Of a DNA stretch of 64,000 nucleotides, positions 48,901 through 60,900 are shown piece after piece. The DNA is from an uncultured Lentisphaerales bacterium. GTDB lineage: Bacteria; Verrucomicrobiota; Lentisphaeria; JABSQK01; UBA12247. The translations under genes were made by a program, and so were the position numbers. Numbering within the stretch: position 1 is the stretch's first letter; each line of letters opens with the position of its first letter. A model generated the notes under the pieces. That model made no database searches. It had not been told where the DNA came from and worked only from the letters and a program-made list of their open reading frames with translations. Location: the NCBI GenBank assembly GCA_943788985.1, contig CALSSJ010000023.1, forward strand, positions 110,984 through 174,983. The letters are read 5' to 3'.

Positions 48901-51900
48901 AATGCGGAGAGTCCCTAGGCCACTGACTGGTGATACTGTGGCAAAGCCAAAGTCATCACCAATGCGGCTCACAACCTGCGCGTCGACATACAGGTGAAGC
49001 TCCTGTGCGGGGCCATTCCAGGTGGCGACAACTGTGTGCCAGGCGTCGTCACCGATCTGCTGCTCACAGGCCAGTGCCACCATGGTGCCACGCTGCAGGT
49101 CCGTAAAGCGGATCCGTGGGCGACCGTTGATGACTTCGATCGCAAACTGCGTACCATCCACACTGTTATATGAGACCAGCTCGCCAGTTGCTTGCGTGTC
49201 GAGCTTAGCCGACACTTCGACGGTCCAAGCATCACCAAGGGTTGCCAGGCTGGCGTGGCCGTTGAACGCGACCTCTCCAGCTGCCAGACTCAAGCTGCGC
49301 TGTGGCAGTGCGGCATTGGCAGTTCCAACAGCCTGATGCATCGCATGCAAGGGGCTGGTAGGCGGCACACTGTTGACTTCGGTGCCGTCATTCACGCCGT
49401 CGTCGTCGGTATCCGCAACATGCGGCAACGTCGCGTGAATCTCCTCATCGCCGTTCGCCAACCCGTCGTTGTCAAAGTCTTCCAGGGCGTCCCGCAGACC
49501 GTCAAAATTACTGTCGCGCTCATTCGGGTTGTTTCCGGTCAGGAACTCGCCCAGGTTGGTGAGGCCGTCATTGTCAGCGTCGCCGGCGGCATCGTCAACC
49601 AGTGGGTTCAGGCCGTTATCGGTTTCCCAGCTGTCGGGCATCCCGTCACCGTCAGAATCGGGCGCGCGAACGGTCTCGTCGAGTACGATTGCTGCACCAT
49701 TGCGCAGAATACCAGCAGCGCTCCAGTTAGTTAGCCAGTCCTGAGCAACTGTGAAGTCCTCAACGCTGGCTTCCGCGAGGGAGCTGCCATCGTCAGCACG
49801 CATGGACAGCACCAGGCCAGCCGAGCTGTCCGCCACGTCGACGGCGGCAAGCTGGTCGATTGGACGAGCGACATTCCAGATGCGGACATCGTCAATCTGA
49901 CCCGCAAACATCTGCGCACCAGCACCACTAGGAATACCACCAATGGTCACCTGGCCAGCGAGCCCTTGGCTCAGATCCGGACCAGCCGTCACATTGGTCC
50001 GCTCAGCGACAAGCAGACCGTTCACATAGAGAGTCATGGACTCGTTGGCCGGGTCAATCACGGCGGACAAATGCGACCACTGATTGGCGGTCACCAGGCC
50101 ATCGGTCAAAGCGTGCCAGGTGTGGAAAATTCCCAGTGCGGGAATATCCAGCTGGGTGCCGCCTACCTTGTATTCTTTGAGCGTACCGTTTGGCTGCTGA
50201 ACCTGGTATTGAGCGTACGGGGCCAGACTGCTGGACAACGGCTCGAGGCCAAACTCGAAGTTGCTAATCCCATTGCCAATAAGATTGCGGGCCAGAATGG
50301 CACCGTCAAGTTCAACCCCAGGCTTGATCCACATCTCAATGGTCCAAGTGGATAGCAAGTGCCGTGGCTGACGCGGAATAGCGAGATAGTCGTCGCTTCC
50401 GTCGAACCACAGCGAACGGCTGATAGCTGGGCTCAGTGAGTCAGCCGGATTGGTGGCTGCGCCGCCTGGATCAGCTGTGGTGATCACACCATAGATATCG
50501 TTGACGCCAAAGATTTCCTCGGCATCGCTGAGACCATCATCATCCGTATCGATTGATGCGGGTGAGGTTCCTGCAGTTTGCTCTTCCAGAACGGTCAGTC
50601 CATCACTGTCGATATCGCGATCACCATCGTCAAGACCAAGGTTCTCGGTGCGGACACGAGTTGGATCCAAGGCCGCCAGATATTCGTAAAGGTTGGTGAC
50701 TGAATCGCCATCCTGGTCGCCTGAACCGTCTTGGCTGAGATCGCCCAAAAAGGCGAGTTCCCACCAGTCAGGGAGCTGATCGTTATCGGTGTCAAAGGTG
50801 ATTGCGTCTGCAATTGGGGCGCCTGGCTCATCAATCAGGCCACCTTCCCGAATGGGGGACGAAGGCCAGCCAGTAGCCCACTCGCTGGCAGCGGAAGCCG
50901 CGAAGTTCTGAATCAGGAGACCTTCGTCGTCAAAACGATAGTAGGCTGCCAGGCCCGTGGTGGGCACAACAGGGTAGTCAACGGAGGTGCCAGCAAACGG
51001 ATCCACGCTAACTGCTTGCGTCCAGATTCGGACATCGTCCACGCGACCGTTGAGGTCGCCGCCAATGACCTGGGTAATCTGCAGGCTTGCGTCACGCGAT
51101 GGCGGAACGCTCATGGTCTCGCGCCACTCCTCGGTGCCATTGACGTACAGAATCATCGCGTTCAATGCGGGATCGTACACCGCAGCGACATGGAACCAAG
51201 TTTCTGTGATCAGCTGGCGAAAGGCCCAGGTCGTCTGGAGGACGCCCTCTTCGGTGACATACTCAGCGTACAGACGCGAGCTACGAATGCCCATTGCGTA
51301 ATGCGGGGCACCGCCGGAGCTCCGTGCGAACAGCGTCGCGTCCGTTTCACCGGCGTCTAAGCGTACCCACATTTCAATCGACCAGCCATTGCTTGGTTCA
51401 AACGCACTGCTTGGCTCGATGATGACTTGTTGGCCATCGGTCAGAGCGAGTGCGCGATTCACGTGCGGGTCGAGTGAGTTGGTCGGGTTCGGATCATTGC
51501 CGTCATCCAGACCGTCTTCGTCTGTATCGGCGGCATACCCCAGCGTGCCAGCGGTCTGCTCTTCGAGCACGGTCAGCCCATCACTGTCGGGATCTTCGTC
51601 GCCGTCAGCCGTCCCATTGCCGTCGGTATCTGTGAGAGTTGGATTCAGGCCGCTCTGATATTCGTAGAGGGCGGTAATTCCGTCGTTGTCTTCATCGCTA
51701 GTCGAGATGGTGCTGTCTGGGTAGAAGGCCTCGAACCAGTCTGGCAGACCGTTGCCATCGCTGTCGAGCACATGCTCGCCACCAAGAATGCCGTTGCCAA
51801 GTTCATGGTTCGTAAGGTTCATCCCCTGGCCATGAAGCGGAGCAGCTGAGCCCACGTGAGTGACACCCGCCGTGGCAAAGACGTAGTCTAGCGGTGAGTA

Positions 51901-54900
51901 GGAAACCGTCGGTGGGACGATGACCGGCGCCGTCGAAACGGCAGCGATCGCGTCAATATCCGCGCCTGGAACATTGGCCCCGCCTCGGCTTTCACCTGGA
52001 TCGGTCAGGCGCAAGTAGCTAAACTGCGCATCGGACGCCACGAAGGGATCAATATCTACCCCGGAGGTGGCCCCGCTAGTGGAGCCTACAGCCACCCAAG
52101 TCTCACCATCTGCACTGATTTCGACCATGACAGGTTCCACCAGACGGCCGACTTCGAAAACCCAAATATCGACACCGCTGGTCCCGTCGGGGACGAGCAC
52201 ATTGTCAACAAACTGAACCGTCAGACTCCCGCCAATGCCGAGCGACACGGCACCGCGGGCACGGCCAGAATCCAAGAGCTCCGGCGAGCCAAGGGCCTGC
52301 GACGTGTCCGTCTGGGTGTTGGTGCCCGGACTGCCATTCTCGTAGGCAACCACGGCGTCTGCGAAGGAAATGTTCCCGTTTGGAAGAGTCACGCCATCAA
52401 TAACGACTGATGCCGAAACATCGACCACTGTCGAGCCAAGTTCACGACTAGCAAAGGGCGTTGCCGCTGCGCCACGTTGTGGCCAGGCATGGTCTTCTAC
52501 CGTGCCGCCGCCATCATCGAACCGATAATGGGCAAGCAGCTCAGTGAGTCCACCAAGGCCCTGCTCGTTGGTCAGAGCAGCAAGGCTCTTATTCGCATCG
52601 ATCTGCGCAGGAGTGAGGGCGGTCAGCCAGACGCGCACTTCATCTACGCGAGCCGTCATGCCCACACTGCCGAGATAGGCCGCGTGCTCGAACTCGTTGG
52701 CCGTTGGATCAGAGACCGGACGCACGCCGCTGAGGGAAATGTCATTCACATCTGACTCAGTGACATAGTCGCTCACACTGACGCCGTCAACGACCAGAGT
52801 GAGGTTCGGAGTGGCTGCGTTCCAACTAGCTGCAATGTGTGTCCAGCGATCGACCGGTAGCGCGAAGGCACCGTCAACGCGGAAGACGCGCGGCTCTGCG
52901 AGGTTATCCTCGAACAGGACATACGGCGTGCCGCCGTCCAAACCGAGTTCCATCTGGCGAACATGATGCACCGTATGTTGGAACAAGGCACCAGTCTGCC
53001 CAGGAGCCTGAGGATCAACCCACATTTCGATGGTCCAGCTGCCCCCCTGACGGTCGAACCGTGCGGGCATGGGAAGAGTCACGCGGCCTGACAGGCCAAG
53101 GTCCAAGTGACGCGAGCGAATGCGCTTGTCATCGTCAACCGGATCCCAGCCGGAATCGCTGTAAGCAGGGTGCGAGCCCTGGGCAACTTCGTCGCCATCC
53201 GTGATTCCGTCGTCATCGGAGTCGGCTGAATCCCGACGAGTGCCGTAGAAATCTTCCTCAGCGCCGGTCAGCCCGTCACCATCCTGGTCGTAACGCGGCA
53301 GGTCCGCTTCGGCATGGAGCACGCGCCATTCCGGCGCAGTGACGACCGGGATACCAGCGTGACGCCAGCCTTCGGCATTATCGTTCGGGTGCAGGTCGCT
53401 GGCTGCGGTAGTACCACCGTCCTTCAACGCAAAACGGCGGATGGCACTGCCACCGGCGGTGCCATCAAGGTAGGCAGCATAGGCGTCGCTGTCGGTGACA
53501 CCGCTACCGATGCTCAGTTCGATGATTTGACCGGTGAAGCCTTCACCAGCACGCAGGGTGATCGGACCAGGTCCGCTAGTAGCGGCAAGGTCGGCGGGGA
53601 CTGCCAGATCATTCGTAGCCTCAACCCGGCCATTGCGATACAGAGTGAGGGTGGTGCCATCAAATGCGGCACCAATTTGCGTCCATGTGTTTACCGCCAC
53701 AGGGGTCAAGGAGTAGAACTGCTGCACGCTTCCAGTGGTTTCACCAGTATAGCCGACATACGGATGCCCGGTTGCGGTCAAGCCGAGCACAAAGGTCGCG
53801 CGGCCCCCACCAATGGAGCGGTGCAGGATGGTGCTCTCCGCGAGAGTCGTCGGATTGATCCAAGCAGATATGGCAAAGGTCCCGTTGGCCAGCTCCAAGC
53901 TATCTGGAATGGAGAGGTAGTCGGCCGCTGCTAGTTGCAGGGCACCCGCCGGGTACTCCTGGCTGCTGGCGTCAGCCGGATTGGTTGGCGCAGTCGGATC
54001 TGCAGGAAACTGAGTGTCCAGTTCGGCTGCGTCATCGGCTGGGGTAGTCGTGAGATTGGCAATGCTATTGTCATCGTCATTGTTCAGCAACCACGGGTAG
54101 AGGCCGGCCGTCTGCTTGTCGAGATTGGTCATATTCGTGCCTTGCCCTGGGTAGGCTTGCACCGGAAGAGCATCTTCGTTGGCATCGTTGGTGCCGTTGC
54201 CATCGGTATCAGACTCGGTCGGGTTGGTATTAGCGAAGTACTCCCAGCGGGCAGTCAGTAGATCACCATCCGCATCGCTGTTGCCGTCCATCTCTCCGTA
54301 GAGGTCTTCGAACCAATCCGGGAGACCATCACTATCAGAGTCGTGACCACTGGTCACGCCTTGGCCATAGATTGCTACGCCCGGTGCGGTCATCGAACCA
54401 GCAGGCAGTGCGATAGCCATGGATTCATCGGTCGTCGCAGTTGCGGACTGCGCAGACTCGCCAGCGTCGTCAAAATGATACGCCGCCACTAGGCCTGCTT
54501 CGCCTACAGGTAGCAGATACGCCCGGTTCGCGGCAATTTCTGCTTGGTTGCGGGCTACTGACCAGCTGCGAATCGCGTCCAAGCGACCATCGGCCAAATC
54601 GCGGCCAAAGACGAGTGCGCCATTGCCACTGCCAATCACGAGCGGCTCATCACCAAAATCGTCTTCGCTAAAGACCAGTCCGTCGACGTAAGCAGTGAGC
54701 ACGCGATTCGCGCTGTCCCAAACCACGGCGATCGCATGCCAGTCGCTGTCGTTGATCACTGCCCCTGCGAGGGTGTGGTCATTGTACATGACGTCAGTTA
54801 CCGTCACCTGCAGAGCGCCTGCACTGAGGTCGATCTTGTATTGAAAGCCGCCGCCAAAGTCATAGGCAACCAGCTCACCGGTCTTGTCTGCACCCAACTG

Positions 54901-57900
54901 GGCGTAGAACTCAATGGTCCAGTCTCCGCCACCAGCGTTGTGTGCCGCGCCATTAGGCAGAATCACTGGTCCGGAAACACTCAGGTCCAGGCTACGCTCA
55001 ACCTGAGCACGCCCAGCATCCAAGGCATCAGCCAATTGGCTGGAGGCGTAGCGCGGATTCGTGCCAGCGTTGATTTCTGTAGAATCGTCGATGCCGTCGT
55101 CATCCGTGTCAGCCAGATCCGGCCGTGTCCCGTGCAACTGCTCTTCTTTGTTGAGCAGGGCGTCACCGTCGGAGTTCAGGCGACCATCCAAAATAGCGGG
55201 GTTAATGGACGCATTATTGTTTGGATTGGTGCCAGCCCAAAATTCGTAGAGATTATTAAGGTCATCCGCATCAGGGTCTGCTGTCGCATCGGCCGCATCC
55301 GCTGGATCAAGTCCGTTGGCCACTTCCCACCAATTGGGCATGCCGTCACCATCGGTATCGCTGTCGGTAAGCTCGCTGCCAGCCTCATTGGCAAAGTTTG
55401 CAGCACCAACCAGAGTTCCTGCGGTTTGCCAGCCGTTGAACCAAGGCGTGCTATCGCTCAGCAGGCCGTTCTGGGCGCTGATGCCACCATCGTTAAAGCT
55501 GAAGTTTGCGAGCAAGGCCGGATCGGCCTCGTCAACCGTTGCAGCGCCAGCCTGTGCCATTTCGGCATCGCGAACACTCGTCCAGACGCGGAGGTCATCC
55601 ATCTGGCCGGTGACGCCTTCACCGGCGATCACAGTCACAGCACCGGGGGCTTCGGTCAGTAATGCAGCGGCTGTGGTCGTGGCAACCAAGTCACCGTTGA
55701 TGTACAGATTCAGGGTGCCGGTAGCCTCATCGTACGTGGCGCCAAGGTGCGACCAAGCGTGTGGTGCCAGAGCACGACGACCAGGAACGGGCAGAACCAC
55801 TGCGCTACCATCCAACTGGGTGACGGAGACAACTGGGGACCAGCCATTCAAAGACAACGCGACGTTCGCACGCCCAGCGCCGAGGCGACGGGCAAAAATG
55901 ATGCCGTTGACAGCGTCAGGTCGGACCATTGCTTCCACCGTGAAGCTGCTCAGAGCGGTGACAGTCGCGGGTGCAATCGCCAAGTAGCCGGTGGCGGTCG
56001 GTAAAGCGAGTGCGCGAGCATGTTGCGGTGTGGATGCGTCGGTGGCAGAGGTGCCAGCGGCGACTTCGACATCATCATTGTAGCCGTCGTCGTCGGTATC
56101 GATCGCGTCTGGATGGGTGCCCAGGGTCTGTTCCTCAAGATTGGTCAGCGCATCTGTGTCTGCGCTTTCATCGGCATCTGAGAGGCCATCGTAATCAGTA
56201 TCGGCCCGATTGGGATCGGTTCCAGCGAGATATTCATACCAGTTATTCAGACCATCGGAGTCTGCGTCCGTCAGCGCATCCGCGGCGCTGGTCCAATCCA
56301 GGCCGTGCTGGCGTTCCCAGAGATCGGGCATTCCATCGCCGTCATTATCTTGCAACAGCACACCAGTGACATCAGCAAAGGCGACACTACCATGAAGGGT
56401 CGCTGCATTCTCCCAGCCATTCAACCAGTCGCGAGCCACGGTGAAATCTTCGGCTTGGCCTTGCTGTGAGCCAGCTTCGCCATTCACAATATCTCCAGAT
56501 CCCCAAACGCCGTCGGCCCCTGGATTCTGCGAAGTGCCGTCATCAGCGCGCAGATAGGCAACCAAGCCGCGGGCTGGTGCAACCAAGGCATTGCCAACAT
56601 TGAGACGACCGCCAGTGACCATGCGACCATCCAAGGCAGAAACGGCATCGGTGCTGTCCAGCAGCGTCGCCTTCACATCTTCCCAAGTCGCATTTGGATT
56701 TCCGGCGTGAATCAGGGCTGCGGCTCCGGCAACATGCGGTGTCGCCATTGAGGTACCGCTCAGCGTGCCGTAGGTGTTACCCGCCTGCGTACTGAGAATG
56801 GCCACACCCGGCGCAGCAAGATCAACCGTCGTCAGGCCCCAGTTACTAAAGCCTGCAAGGGCATCGCTGGAATTGGTCGCAGCCACTGAAATAATGTTGT
56901 CCAGATCATAGGAGGCTGGATAGGCTGGATTGGCGTCATTATCACTGCCGTCGTTGCCTGCGGCAGCGACAAACAACTGGCCGGCATCGCCAGCGGCTGC
57001 GATCGCATCGACCATAGCCTGCGAGAAGCCACCACCACCCCAGCTGTTACACGTGAGTGTCGCCCCCTGGGCCGTCGCATAGTTTATCGCGGAGATGGCG
57101 TCGCTGAGCAAACCACTGCCATTGGCACCGAGAAAGCGCAGGGCCATCAGCTGGACATTCCAGCTCACGCCAGTTACGCCGACGCCATTGTCACCAACGG
57201 CACCGACCGTACCAGCGACATGGGTCCCGTGATGGACGCCTACGTCTTCGGATACGGGATCATTGTCATTGTCGACCCAATCCCAACCATAAACGTCGTC
57301 TACCAGGCCGTTGCCATCATCGTCTATCCCATTTCCAGGTGTTTCCCCTGGGTTGGTCCACATGTTTGCGGCCAGGTCTTCATGATTATAGTCCACGCCA
57401 GTGTCAATAATGCCGACAATCACGTCGCGTGAGCCGGTGTTTTGGTCCCAGATCTCGGGCCCGTCAATATCGGCATCATCAATGCCACCGGTCTGGCCCG
57501 TATTATGCAGGCCCCAGAGCTCGTCGAAGCGTGGGTCGTTCGGGAATGCAGATGCCGTGAGGATGTAGTTCGGCTCGACATAGCGGACGCCCGGCGTGCC
57601 AGCCAGAGCCGTCATCTTGGCTGCCATATCGTCGCCGTTGGCGACCTCCACCAAGTTGGCGTTAATCGACTCGTGGCGTGAGAGTTTGGTCAGACCAGCG
57701 CTCGCGAGGATCGCTTCACGGGTCTGGGCATCCATGCCGCTGGCGAAGCCGATGTGCAGTTGCTGGGCCTCGTGTGGATGGGCCAGTTGCTGCTCAACGC
57801 TCGCCGCCGGCACTGAGACCTGATCGTCAAGACCGAATTGAAAACCGTTCTGGATTTGCGCTGCGCTAAGGGCAGTACCCCAGATGCGAACGTCGTCAAT

Positions 57901-60900
57901 GTGCCCGTGGAAGGACTGGCCAAGCGTTGCGCCAGGCCCGGGAGCGCCGACGGTCGCAGTCGCACTCTGTCCAGCCAAGGCAGTCGGCTGAACCGTGACG
58001 TTGCTGCGAGTTGCCACAGCCGCGCCATCTATGTACAAGACAAACAAGCCTGCAGCTGGATCGAAGGTTGCCGCAATGTGGGTCCAGCGTTCAGTCTGAA
58101 TGAGAGTATCCGCATCAGCATGCCACTGATGGAAGACGCCAGCCTGCAGATCCTGTGTCACGGAGCCGCCAACTTGAATCAGGCCGAGGGAACCATCCGG
58201 CTGCCCGAACGTAAATTCTGCGTATGGGCGCAAGTCGCCGGCAAGGGCGACATGATAGTTGATCATTGCCTCCGAAGCACCGCGTACAATCGTGCCGCCG
58301 TCTGTTTCACCGGCGTTCAAGCGAATGGACGCTTCAACAGTCCAGGTTGCATTGACCAAGCGCTCACTATTCGGCAAGGAAATGTAGTCGCCGTTACCGT
58401 CGAGCGCGAAAGCGCGCGGGACGACCGGGCTCAGGGAAGATGCCGGGTCGCTGCTGGCGCTGGGTTGTGCAGCTGTGGCCGCGTTGTCGATGCCGCTGAC
58501 TTCCTCACCGTCCAAGAGGCCGTCATCGTCGGTGTCGGCGGTGAGCGGCAGCGTGCTGTTCGCCTGCTCTTCAAGATTGGTCAGGCCGTCGGAGTCGAGA
58601 TCGCTGTTACCATCTGCCACGCCATCATTAAGGCTTACGGGCGAATGAGGATTCAGCCCGGCCAAATATTCGTAGAGGTCAGTCAAGCCGTCGTTATCGC
58701 CATCGAAGGTCCCATCGCGGCTCGTGTCGCCATAGTGCAGACGTTCCCACCAATCAGGCACGCCATCATTGTCGGCATCCAAGCTGAGGTCGGGGCTAGC
58801 GATGCCCTGATCCAGGACAACGGTTCCGTTCACGCTGGTTGGCGCGCTGGCCCAGCCTGTGGTCCAACCAGGTGCGGAGTCCGCAAAATCCTGAATCAGT
58901 TGGCCGCCATCGTTGAAATGATAGAATAGCCGCGTAGCAGAACTGAGGCTGGTCACATCTGCATAAGGACTAACTGCCTGGGCTGAGGAGGCAATAGTAA
59001 TATCGTCAATCAAGCCGGTGAAGCCGGCGCCGATACGGTGCTCAACCATTCGCTCGCTGTCGACACCCATAGTAGCAGTCCCAAATGCGGCAAATTCAGC
59101 CACACCATTGACGAAGACCGTCAGGCGGCCGCTGACTGCATCGTACTGCCCAGCGACATGCTGCCAGATAGACGGCTGAATGACGCGAGCGCCTTCAACG
59201 CTGAGGGTCAAACCGTCACGCGAGACCATGCTGGCGTAGAGCTTATTGTCGGTCGTCAAGCCAAATTCATAGCTGGTCTGGTCGTTCTCGCCTACCTTCA
59301 GGTGAGCCCGGCGTACCAGCACGGCACCGTCGTTTTCAGCTGGATCGGGCTTGATCCACAAGCCAATGGTCCAGCTAGTAGCGTTTAGAGCCGCGTTTGC
59401 AGGCGGTACCAAGTACCCAGTCCCATCCAAAAGCAGGGCTGCGGTCTTCGCTGGCAGCAGTGCGTTCACCGGTGCGAGGTCTGCCCCATCAGGGACGCCA
59501 TCATCGTCGGTGTCGTGGAGATTGGCGTAGCTGCCCAAGGCCTGCTCGTCAGCCAGGGTACGGCCGTCGCTATCGCTATCGTCGAGGCCGTCGGCCTCGC
59601 CGTTCCCATCCGTATCGATTTTGGTCGGGTCGGTATGCCCTAGATACTCGTTCCAAGCGGTAATTCCATCGCCATCGGTGTCCACGTCGGCTGTCGCAGC
59701 TGCTGCGCCATAGAGAGCCTGATACCAGTCGGGCAGACCATCGCCGTTGCTGTCATCGATATAGATGTCTTTGCTGATCGTGTTGGCAGTCTCTTCCACC
59801 GTGCGATTCATGGCTGCTGTGTAGATTGGTGCCATTGCATCAACGGATGTCGGGCGAGTTGCCACGTCAAATACGCCGCCCGCCTGCCAGCTGTAGTCCT
59901 CTGGCTGGTAGGTGATCAAACCGCCAGACAACGAGCGAACGCTCGACAGTAGATTGGCAGTGTTGCGGTATGGCCAGGCGAAGTCCTCAACCGTGCTGCC
60001 ACCATCATCAAAACGGTAGTAGGCCAAGAGAGAGCTGGTGTCGTTCACCATGGTATTGCGTGTCGAGGCAACAGCGCTCAGCGACCGCGCGACATTCCAG
60101 AACCGCACTTCGTCAACCGCGACCTCAAAACTCGCCGCACCCAACAAGGCCTGGTGGGCATCTGCGTCAATGGACGACACGGTGACTGGTGAGACTTGAG
60201 ACAAGGCTTCACCGGGATGTCCTTCGTTTACTGTGGCATAGTCAATCGCAGACTCGCCGTTGATATAAAGGAAGAGATTCTCTGCCGACGCATCCCACAC
60301 CGCGGCGACGTGGCTCCAGCTATCTTCTGGCAGTGCGAATGCACCAGTCAGACTGTATGCACGGCCCTTGCCCAAGACACCACTGTCAAAGCGAACGAAT
60401 GGCGTATTGGCCTGCAAGCCGAGTTCGGTCTGCGCGGTCTCGGAAATCGTATAGCGGAATAAGGAGCCCGTCTCCGTGGCGGTCGTTGGGTAGACCCACA
60501 TTTCAACGGTCCAGCTGGCACCAGCATGATAGAAGCGCTCGGGAGTGGGCAGGGGAACCGCACCGGCTGCGCCAATATTCAAGGCGCGACCTCTCACGCT
60601 CGTGCCTGACATGCTGTAATTGGGGTGGGTCCCGTCAGAAGACGCAGTAAAGGAGTATTCTTCGCCATCGTTGCGTCCGTCGTCATCAGTATCGGCGCGG
60701 TCAGGGCGCGTTCCCAATACATCTTCCTGCGCAAGTGTCAGGCCATCGGCATCTTGGTCATACCGAGGGGCCATATCTGTGCCCGCGGTAAAGTCTGCCA
60801 GGGTGGTGCCGAGAACTTGGCGCCACTCTAGGTCACCAGGAACAACAGGGGTGGTGGATAGGGAGGACACCGGCACACCAGCGTGACGCCAGTCCTCTGC

